Part shown: positions 56,522 through 64,000 of the stretch, piece by piece | How the letters are laid out: each line of letters opens with the position of its first letter | Numbering within the stretch: the stretch's first letter is position 1 | DNA from: Candidatus Calescibacterium sp. | GTDB lineage: Bacteria; Calescibacteriota; Calescibacteriia; Calescibacteriales; Calescibacteriaceae | Direction: 5' to 3' | Assembly: GCA_025060505.1 (NCBI GenBank) | Contig: JANXBU010000003.1 | Coordinates: 138,001-202,000, forward strand | DNA length: 64,000 bases | The notes under the pieces: model-generated | What the model was told of the DNA's origin: nothing | What the model saw: only the letters and a program-made list of their open reading frames with translations | Databases searched by the model: none | Position numbers and translations under genes: made by a program

Positions 56522-58357
56522 TTAAAAGGAAAAAATTCTTATTTGATCTAGGTCTTGGATTATGAAAAATACTCTTCCCCCTGATTTCATAATTCCGGTG
56601 AGTTTCTGATGAATTTGGTAGGTGTGAGTGAAGAAAGCGTTTTCATTATAGAAACCATTTGAGTACGAAAGAGCAATTTCTCTTCCCTTGCATACTCTGT
56701 TTTCCCAGCATCCGGAGGAATCTGTATAAAAAATTATATATGTTTCGGATGAAATGCCGATTATTTTGTACCTCTCTACCAAGTTTTGTGTGAATAAATA
56801 GGATAGGCTATTTTTTTCAGAATCATAAGAGTATACCATAAGTCTATTTGAAGTTTTTACGAAAATGGTTATCTTGTTCTGATCTGCGATGAAATCTACA
56901 ATTTCTCCATCTATTTTGCCAGATATTGAACCTACGATATTTTCTGAGTCGAAAACGAATATTTTTTTATTTTGACCTCTCTGAAAGGATACGAGAGTTT
57001 TCCCTCCTTTTGTTATGATCTGGTAAGACTCTGGATTATGTATGATTTCTTGATGTTTTATCTCTTGATTTTCTGTCCAAACATACACTGTTGCTGAATC
57101 CGAATACCTGAAAAGCAACAGCAGAGCTCTTTTCGATACCGGAAGATATTCAGAAAATACTGGGGCTTTTATCATATTTATTGATCCGGATTTTTCAGCT
57201 CCATTTTGTGATAAAATATATGTATCTATTGATATTCCGGAGACAACGTATATGGTGTACTCATTTTCAGTTTCCAGAATATAATCTGGATCAGGGATTA
57301 TAAAAGATGTTGTTGGATTATTGGCTGATATTATTGTTATTTTGTTTGCGTTGAAGATAATTATACTATCTTGCTTTTTGCCCACTATGTCACATGTCGG
57401 AATGTTGAGCTCAGATACACCATCTTTTCTCACAAGCAAAGAATTATTACAGTTCTGTGAGATAAGATATATTCCGTCTTGACCTTCAAGGATATGCATA
57501 TTATTGATGTATCCTGTTATAATATGCGAGTATGATACCGAGAGATTTTCTAGCTTAATTATCTCAGAATTTTTTCTGTTTTCGTCGTTGATAATAATGA
57601 GTTTTCCTGATTTCAGTTCTATTAAGTTAAGCTCATTTGGTGCTGTTTCCATTTTTATATCAAGAGAGTTGATTTCAAAGCTTGAGTTCTGAGGAAAGAA
57701 ATTTATTATATGTAATTTTCTATCTTGTGAAACCGCGAATATCCTTATAGGATTTTCAGATGTTGGATCTATTTTTGAGTCAACAACATTTGTTATTTTT
57801 ATTGAAGCTGTTTGCTTTATGTATCTTGAAAGCAGATAATACTCTTTCCATTTTTGTATAACATCTATGGTTTTTATTATGTAAGCTTCGGATGTAATGG
57901 GTATTGGCATTGTTGCATTTAGAGTAAATTGTGCTAAAGCAAAGTATCTTGCGGGTGAAACATCTTCTGGAACATAAAATGTTAAGTTTGAAGAGTACAT
58001 ACTTGTGCAGGTTATGTTGGAAGGAAATATTTGTATCTTATATTTGAATCTTGTAGTAACATCACTTATCCTTTCCGGAATTGAATCAATTAGGTACATG
58101 TTCAATGATACATCTGACCGAAATTCTGGGCAGGATATGGAGATATAACCATCAAAGACTTCTCCGGGTGCAAGTTTTCCGAGCGGAGAGTATATATCAA
58201 ATCTCTGAACGAAGAGATCTCTTGAAACAAGCTCTGATTCCTTTATTATATCTTCCTTTATGGGAACCTGTTCTTTTTTGCAGTTCTGATTTGTTGTAAT
58301 TAGATATATAAATAGGATTATTAGAATCTCAATTTTTTTTATATTTTTGCTCTTCAT
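56522..58357 (-). CDS. large hypothetical lipoprotein or secreted beta-rich protein (611 aa)
   Basis: Signal or lipobox-like N-terminus (TTNQNC). Beta-strand-rich throughout. Ends IRIFSF. Confidence 0.5.
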   Translation of the reverse strand: MKSKNIKKIEILIILFIYLITTNQNCKKEQVPIKEDIIKESELVSRDLFVQRFDIYSPLGKLAPGEVFDGYISISCPEFRSDVSLNMYLIDSIPERISDVTTRFKYKIQIFPSNITCTSMYSSNLTFYVPEDVSPARYFALAQFTLNATMPIPITSEAYIIKTIDVIQKWKEYYLLSRYIKQTASIKITNVVDSKIDPTSENPIRIFAVSQDRKLHIINFFPQNSSFEINSLDIKMETAPNELNLIELKSGKLIIINDENRKNSEIIKLENLSVSYSHIITGYINNMHILEGQDGIYLISQNCNNSLLVRKDGVSELNIPTCDIVGKKQDSIIIFNANKITIISANNPTTSFIIPDPDYILETENEYTIYVVSGISIDTYILSQNGAEKSGSINMIKAPVFSEYLPVSKRALLLLFRYSDSATVYVWTENQEIKHQEIIHNPESYQIITKGGKTLVSFQRGQNKKIFVFDSENIVGSISGKIDGEIVDFIADQNKITIFVKTSNRLMVYSYDSEKNSLSYLFTQNLVERYKIIGISSETYIIFYTDSSGCWENRVCKGREIALSYSNGFYNENAFFTHTYQIHQKLTGIMKSGGRVFFIIQDLDQIRIFSF

Positions 58358-58398
58358 AATTGTTTTATTCAGTTCCGAACATATTTCTGAGATATTAT

Positions 58399-59121
58399 TT
58401 ATCCATCTTTTTTACCATCTTTTTTGCTTTTTTCTGCTCTGGTTTTTTCTATTTTTTGTATTGTCTTTACTATTTTCTCAGCCGAGGTAGGACCATATAT
58501 GATTTTTTGTATTTTGGAATCTTCCGACACTATTAATGTTGTAGGTACGGCATCTATTCCAAGATTTTTTGCGAACTTTCCATCTGGGTCATAAATTATT
58601 TGGTAATTTATTTCGTATTTCTTCGCAAGTTCTTCTATTTTTTCTATGCTATCTTGTACTGCCACTCCTATAACAGATATGTTGCTGTGGTTACTCTGTA
58701 AGTTAACAAGTTCTGGTAGCTCTTCTTCACAAGTATCACACCAGGAGGCAAAAAAGTTTATAACCGTGTATTTATTGATGTCTATTTTCAGGGTTTCTGG
58801 GGGACTGAACTCAAATATGTTTTTTCCAATTATGCTTCTTTCTGGCATGAACATTATGAATATTCCTATTCCTATGATTACCAGTGTTATTATAAGTTTG
58901 GGGATCTTCCATTTATTGTTGCTTCTTAATTTTTCTCTCATCTGATTTATTTCTGTGATGTGTTTCAGAAATTTTTCTTCTTTATCTTTGATACTATTTA
59001 CCCTTTTTTCTCCGAGCTTATATAGGTTGATTATTTTATCTTTAATATCATCTTTGTTGTTTCCTTTGCCGTTTTCCATAAATAGAAATTTAATAAATTT
59101 GGTTTGCTTTGTTGTAATCAT
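58399..59121 (-). CDS. membrane-anchored TlpA/ResA-like thiol:disulfide oxidoreductase
   Basis: TM anchor, then a thioredoxin fold with WCDTC. Confidence 0.8.
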   Translation of the reverse strand: MITTKQTKFIKFLFMENGKGNNKDDIKDKIINLYKLGEKRVNSIKDKEEKFLKHITEINQMREKLRSNNKWKIPKLIITLVIIGIGIFIMFMPERSIIGKNIFEFSPPETLKIDINKYTVINFFASWCDTCEEELPELVNLQSNHSNISVIGVAVQDSIEKIEELAKKYEINYQIIYDPDGKFAKNLGIDAVPTTLIVSEDSKIQKIIYGPTSAEKIVKTIQKIEKTRAEKSKKDGKKDG

Positions 59122-59333
59122 TAGGAGTTTTGAAGCTCGTATTTTTCATCAGTAAGAAGTGATTATTTTGTTGAAGGTTCTGAGACTTAAATATTTATTC
59201 GTACAAACTTGATGCTTTAATAATGTGGTGTGGTTTTGGTTTAAGGTATGGTTTGATAGTATTGATCTGGGGACTTTTCCGGAGAGCTTTTTGTGATTTT
59301 TTAGACTTTCAATTTTATTTTTCTTTTTTTTTG

Positions 59334-60080
59334 TTATGATTTACCGCCGAAGATTTTTCTAGCTATCATTCTTATTGGGTCAAAGAATTCATCTGCAACT
59401 CTTTCTTTGAGGGGGATTATCGCGTTATCTGTTATATGGATTTCTTCTGGACAAGCTTCTGTACAGCATTTAGTTATATTGCAGTACATTATTCCTCCTT
59501 CTTCCTTGAGCCATTTTAGACGATTTGCGGAGTCCATCGGATGTGTTTCAAGATATGCCGCGAATGTAAGGTAAGCTGGTCCTATGAATTTTTCAAATAG
59601 TTTATGCTCGCGCAAGACATGGCAGGTATCAAGACAAAGTCCGCATTCTATGCAGGCTCTGAACTCTCTACCTTTTTCAATATCCTGGTCTTTCATCCTC
59701 CAATTTGCATCTTTTTTGGGTGAGAATCCGATTTTCTGTATCATGTTTCTTCGTGTTTTCATATTCCAAGAGGTGTCTGATACAAGATCTTTTATATGAG
59801 GATAGGCTCTCATGGGTTCTACTTTTATGGGCTGTTCTAAATCCTTAACCTTGGTTTTACACATTAGAGAAGGTTTTCCATTTATTTCAGCGGCACAAGA
59901 GCCACATTTTGCAGCCTTACAGTTCCATCTTACTGCCATATCACCGTCTAATTTGCTCTGTATGTAAAGTATCCCGTCAAGAACCACCATTCCCTCCTGA
60001 TATGGAATCTTATACTCTTTGAATATGCCTTTTTCTCTTTCTCCCCTGAAAACAAGAAAGGTTACCTCGCCGTTCTTCAT
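59334..60080 (-). CDS. succinate dehydrogenase/fumarate reductase iron-sulfur subunit
   Basis: CKAAKCGSC...C (2Fe-2S), CIECGLCLDTC, and CNITKCCTEACP. Confidence 0.85.
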   Translation of the reverse strand: MKNGEVTFLVFRGEREKGIFKEYKIPYQEGMVVLDGILYIQSKLDGDMAVRWNCKAAKCGSCAAEINGKPSLMCKTKVKDLEQPIKVEPMRAYPHIKDLVSDTSWNMKTRRNMIQKIGFSPKKDANWRMKDQDIEKGREFRACIECGLCLDTCHVLREHKLFEKFIGPAYLTFAAYLETHPMDSANRLKWLKEEGGIMYCNITKCCTEACPEEIHITDNAIIPLKERVADEFFDPIRMIARKIFGGKS

Positions 60081-60199
60081 TATTTATTCCACCTCCAAAT
60101 CTGAAGATTTTAATAAACTTCTCCAAAACAGATTATATATTCAGTTTTCCTCTACTAATTAAGTTTTTTTATTTTCTAATTAATGATCGGAATGCTTTT

Positions 60200-60233
60200 T
60201 TAACTTTCAATTTTATTTAACTTTCGATTTTAT
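60200..60233. repeat. 17-nt tandem duplication (TTAACTTTC[A/G]ATTTTAT, 2 copies) in the divergent sdhB-like/thiolase spacer
   Basis: Read directly from the sequence; one mismatch. Confidence 0.85.
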
Positions 60234-60240
60234 CTCGTAT

Positions 60241-60270
60241 TTTCACAATAATGTTTTTGTAATTGTGAAA
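60241..60270. promoter_or_regulatory. perfect 9-bp inverted repeat TTTCACAAT-N12-ATTGTGAAA; candidate operator about 45 nt upstream of the thiolase ATG
   Basis: Read directly from the sequence. Lies between a possible promoter region and the GGAGG at 60301. Confidence 0.35.
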
Positions 60271-60313
60271 AAATCTTTTTTAATAAGTATATTTACACAA
60301 GGAGGTATTAATT

Positions 60314-61531
60314 ATGGCAACAAGAGAAGTTGTTATAGTTGACGCAATAAGAACACCTATAGGGAAGTCAAGTTGGAAAGGTCTTGAAAAATGCGGTCCG
60401 ATGGGGCATCTTTCTGCAATAGAGCTAGCATCTTTACCTATAAAAGAGATAGTTAAGAGAACAAAAGTTGATACTCATGAGATAGAAGATGTAGTTTGGG
60501 GATGTCTCTCACAGGTTGGAGAGCAGGGATTCAACCTTGGTAGAACTGCTCTTTACGAAGCTGGCTTCCACGATGAGGCAGTTGGCTGTACTATAAACAG
60601 ATATTGTGGTTCCGGACTTCAGGCAATAAATTTTGCTGCTCAAGAGGTTATGTCCGGAGAGTGTGATCTGGTTTTGGCAGGTGGATCGGAATCTATGTCA
60701 AGGTATCAGATGGGATCTGATGCTCAAATAGCTGCGAAAGCAGGGGCTCCACTCAATATACCAGAGAGTGTTCAGGGTAAGGGACTAGTGCCAATGGGAG
60801 TTTCTGCTGATATGATAGCTCAGAGATACAAAATATCAAGAGAGGAAATAGAAGAATTCGGATTTACATCTCAGAAGAGGGCAGCTACTGCTTGGAAACA
60901 GGGGGTATATAATTCTCAGGTTTTCCCAGTCAAAGCTAAAAAAGACGGTCAGGAGTTCACGATAACCCAAGACGAAGGAGTAAGGTTTAGCGTGCTTGAT
61001 AACCCCGAGGGTTTTATTGCTGATATGAAAAAATTACCGTTTTCTTTCACGGCAGATGGTCCGCACACCCCAGCAACATCGTCACAAATATCAGATGCAG
61101 CTTGTGCTGTTATGATAACAACGGCTGAAAAAGCTCAGAAACTCGGACTCAAACCGAGAGCCAGATTCGTTTCTTTCGGACTCGCTGGTTCGGATCCGGT
61201 TCTGATGCTTACAGGAATAGCTCCAGCTATAAAAAATGCGCTGAAAAAAGCTGGTCTTAAAGTTGACGATATAGATATTTTCGAAATAAATGAAGCTTTT
61301 GCTTCTCCTGTTATATACGCGGCACGGGAACTTGGAATAGACTGGAAAACTGATCCGAGAATAAATCCAAACGGTGGTGCTATTGCTCACGGGCACCCAA
61401 TAGGAGCAACAGGAGCTATTCTCTTTACAAAATGTATATACGAACTCGAAAGAACCAAGAAGAGATATGCCGTAATATCTCTTTGCATGGGTGGTGGAAT
61501 GGGAATTGCTACAATAATTGAAAGATTGTAA
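60314..61531 (+). CDS. acetyl-CoA C-acetyltransferase (thiolase)
   Basis: NRYCGSGLQAI, NEAFAS, GHPIGATG and CMGGGMG. Strong SD (GGAGG). Confidence 0.9.
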   Translation: MATREVVIVDAIRTPIGKSSWKGLEKCGPMGHLSAIELASLPIKEIVKRTKVDTHEIEDVVWGCLSQVGEQGFNLGRTALYEAGFHDEAVGCTINRYCGSGLQAINFAAQEVMSGECDLVLAGGSESMSRYQMGSDAQIAAKAGAPLNIPESVQGKGLVPMGVSADMIAQRYKISREEIEEFGFTSQKRAATAWKQGVYNSQVFPVKAKKDGQEFTITQDEGVRFSVLDNPEGFIADMKKLPFSFTADGPHTPATSSQISDAACAVMITTAEKAQKLGLKPRARFVSFGLAGSDPVLMLTGIAPAIKNALKKAGLKVDDIDIFEINEAFASPVIYAARELGIDWKTDPRINPNGGAIAHGHPIGATGAILFTKCIYELERTKKRYAVISLCMGGGMGIATIIERL

Positions 61532-61875
61532 TAGTTTTTACTTTGCTGGTTCTATTAGTTATGAGATTTGAAATCATTTCTTGATGTTCTAACATCTGAA
61601 TTTCTATTCCTGATGATCTAAAAATTTTTGGAACAATTTCTGAAGAATATTCTGATATAATATTGTTGGATCACTGAAAATTAAATGTGAAAATAAATCT
61701 CTGTAAATGACTAAATAAAAATTCTCAACAGCTCCGTTGTTTCATTTCTTAGCGAAGAATTTAAGGCTCTCGGAAGGTTAAAATTAGCTAAAAATTATAA
61801 AGAAAATGCAAATTTTATAAAGTTGTTATTATATTTGATAATAAATAAAGTCTTGATGGGGTAGGTGGATAAACT

Positions 61876-62310
61876 ATGAGCGAGGTCAAGGAGGTTAGCC
61901 TTAAGTTGCTTCAAACCTGGACAGGAGGTGAGAAGATCACCATAGAAAAAGTTGCAAGTGGATTGGCTGTTATTGTTTGGGATCCGCTGAAGAGAAGATG
62001 TGCTTGTACACACTTTTTCGCTCGCGATGAAAAGAAGATTGAAGAGAAGCTTTCAGAGCTTATTTCTCTTCTCGGAGTAGATAACAGCCAGATTTCAAGA
62101 CTTAGAGTCAAGGTTGTAGGTGGAGCAGATGTTGCAGGTCTTCAGATAGGAAAAAAACTCGCTGTGATGCTTTTTAATGTTGTGAAAAGAATGAATCTTC
62201 CAGTTGGAGGATATGATATTGGAGGTAATATAACAAGAAATGTAACATTTGACCCTGTTACTGGTAAGTGTGTGATAAATTACCTTATAGGAAGTTCAAA
62301 GGAGATTTAG
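61876..62310 (+). CDS. CheD-like protein (chemoreceptor glutamine deamidase fold); the catalytic Cys appears to be absent
   Basis: LAVIVWDP...CTHFF, VKVVGGADV, and GGYDIGGNITRNVTFDPVTGK are collinear with CheD. Confidence 0.6.
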   Translation: MSEVKEVSLKLLQTWTGGEKITIEKVASGLAVIVWDPLKRRCACTHFFARDEKKIEEKLSELISLLGVDNSQISRLRVKVVGGADVAGLQIGKKLAVMLFNVVKRMNLPVGGYDIGGNITRNVTFDPVTGKCVINYLIGSSKEI

Positions 62311-62319
62311 GAATCAAGG

Positions 62320-63204
62320 ATGATTCAGAAGAGTAATATAAAGAATATTATATCGAAGGTTGCAAAGGAAATAATTCCAGTTCCAGAGAATCTCGCTAGT
62401 CTGATACAGATGTTGAAAAATGATATAACCACAGTTCCAGAGATATCGAAACAACTTGCAAAAGATCCGGTTTTGGCTGCGGATACCTTAAGGGTTGTGA
62501 ACTCCGCTTATTATGCTTTGACACAGGAAATAAAATCTCTGGAGCAAGCTATAGTTGTTATGGGGACCAGAACCTTGCTTAGACTCGTTCTTGCAGCTTG
62601 GGCAAAAAAGGTTGCATCAAGGGAAGTCAAAACATTCAAAATAAAACCGGGTGAACTTGCGATTTTTTCTCTGGTTGGTGCTTATGCTGCTACACAGTTT
62701 GCAAATATGGGAAATATAAAGTTTGCAAGCGATATTACATTTACAGCAGGAGTTCTCAGAACTCTGGGAAGAGTAGTCATAGATCAGATGGGACATCAGG
62801 TGGTTTCTTCTATACTAAAAGAAGTCTTTGAAAACAGAGTTTCTTTTCATACTGCAACTGAAAAAATTTTGGGATTTTCTCACAGTGATATAACCGCTGA
62901 ATTGCTTAAAGAGTGGGGAATACCAGATGACCTCGCTACAATAGTTCGATTTTATCCTTTCCCATCAAAGTTTAGCGGAGACAGAACTCTGGCAAAAGTA
63001 ATAAGCGCGGTTCATTTGGGAGATATTGTTGCTATGCAAATAGGCGAGGGTGCTCCTATGGATAGTATGCTGTATGTTATAGATCAGAAAGCGTTTGATA
63101 TACTTGAATTAAAAGGAGATACAGACCACATAGCGGAAGTATGCGAAACTATAGTTCCAGAAATACAGAAGTTGAAGGATACTTTTCATCTTGGACAAAT
63201 ATAG
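62320..63204 (+). CDS. HDOD domain protein
   Basis: IPVPENLASLIQMLKND, ISKQLAKDPVLAADTLRVVNSAYYAL, SLEQAIVVMG, and a later HS..D-type segment GFSHSDI. Confidence 0.75.
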   Translation: MIQKSNIKNIISKVAKEIIPVPENLASLIQMLKNDITTVPEISKQLAKDPVLAADTLRVVNSAYYALTQEIKSLEQAIVVMGTRTLLRLVLAAWAKKVASREVKTFKIKPGELAIFSLVGAYAATQFANMGNIKFASDITFTAGVLRTLGRVVIDQMGHQVVSSILKEVFENRVSFHTATEKILGFSHSDITAELLKEWGIPDDLATIVRFYPFPSKFSGDRTLAKVISAVHLGDIVAMQIGEGAPMDSMLYVIDQKAFDILELKGDTDHIAEVCETIVPEIQKLKDTFHLGQI

Positions 63205-63286
63205 TTTTCTTCTGACTCACTGAACCAAAGATTTACTAAATCAAAGAATTTTTCGGCTTAACGAATCGTAAATATTTTATCTGAAT

Positions 63287-64000
63287 TCACATTGTGGCTT
63301 TTAATGAGGAGGGGATCAATAGAAGTGATAAGCCTGCTTTCTCTAAATTCTCTTTGAGTTGTTTTGTTAGTTTCACTTTCTTTTTTAGCCAGTATGATTT
63401 ACCATTTATTTCAAGTATTATTTTCGTAAGTCCATCTTCTTGCTTCGATATAATATCGATAGTTTTTCTGATACTATCTTCTTCAACAATATTTGTTTTT
63501 GCCAGAAGAATATAATCTTTCTGAGGTTTGAAGAAGACTTTTGAAACAATCATATTTCCTGAGTTTCTTCCTATGAATACATATATTTCACCTTCCCTTA
63601 TTTTATCTGAATTGCTATTTAGGATCATAACTGTATATTTTTTCTTTTCCGAAACCTGAATATTCAGGAGCTTCCCAGATTTTGTAGGAATTATCTTTCT
63701 GACTATGCCTGATATTTCTATTATTTCTTTTCTTCTGATAGGTAATATTTCAAGCTCATTTTCTTGGTTTTCTTTTAGTTTATCAAAAATATTGTTTTTA
63801 GACAGCACTATTCCTATGGTTTCAATCTCATATTCTTCTAGTTTTCTATCAGTTATTTCGTTTTCTTTTTCGTTTGCAAACAGAGAGGATCCTTTTCCTT
63901 TCAAGAACGCTTCTATTTTTTGTATTGCTTTTTTTCTATCTATGAGTTCATCAAATGCTCCAGCTTTTGCAAGTAGTTCGAGTACTTTTTTGTTTATCCC
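63287..64000 (-). CDS. dnaE: DNA polymerase III alpha subunit, C-terminal part (5' portion lies outside the window)
   Basis: The frame is open to nt 64000 (GINKKVLELLAKAGAFDELIDRKKA...), followed by an OB-fold-like segment. Confidence 0.7.
   Translation of the reverse strand, partial: GINKKVLELLAKAGAFDELIDRKKAIQKIEAFLKGKGSSLFANEKENEITDRKLEEYEIETIGIVLSKNNIFDKLKENQENELEILPIRRKEIIEISGIVRKIIPTKSGKLLNIQVSEKKKYTVMILNSNSDKIREGEIYVFIGRNSGNMIVSKVFFKPQKDYILLAKTNIVEEDSIRKTIDIISKQEDGLTKIILEINGKSYWLKKKVKLTKQLKENLEKAGLSLLLIPSSLKATM

Overview
This is a visibly AT-rich, gene-dense bacterial chromosomal segment (Arg mostly AGA/AGG, Ile often ATA). It carries about 60 protein genes on both strands and two tRNAs (Gln-UUG, Met/Ile2-CAU). 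There is no rRNA, no CRISPR array and no intact mobile element. Most of the content is housekeeping: polA, the 3' part of dnaE, pth, efp, rpoZ, prs, gmk, thrC, hisG/hisB, dxr, fabF, cysC, rimI, cobQ and cbiA. There are also scattered beta-oxidation-type enzymes (acyl-CoA dehydrogenase, crotonase, thiolase, SDRs), carbohydrate enzymes (alpha-glucan phosphorylase, GH31) and motility or signalling regulators (fliA, a CheY-like receiver, a CheD-like protein, an HDOD protein, a sigma-54 activator). Envelope proteins (lipoproteins, a beta-barrel-like protein, GldG/DUF4340) fit a flagellated diderm, but the phylum cannot be assigned from this window alone. The accessory material is eroded: a type II R-M operon with at least 5 lesions, a second DNA methyltransferase pseudogene, and one Rpn-like PD-(D/E)XK nuclease gene plus a fragment of a second. 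The best candidate for something undescribed is a translationally coupled pair of polytopic-membrane coiled-coil proteins (7447-10763). The first keeps a gapless but degenerate match to the MCP hairpin-tip motif. Other items worth a second look:
- a CheD-like protein that appears to lack the catalytic Cys, paired with an HDOD gene
- a stand-alone aspartokinase ACT (beta-subunit-like) gene
- a GlmU-like protein with a truncated, motif-less N-terminal domain
- a TroA/ZnuA-like protein without recognisable metal ligands, fused to an SH3b domain
- two tRNAs ending 9-10 nt before SD-less start codons
- recurrent two-copy tandem duplications, three of which span the stop codons of minus-strand genes
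All homology statements come from reading motifs by eye and from recalled family signatures. None has been verified by a search.
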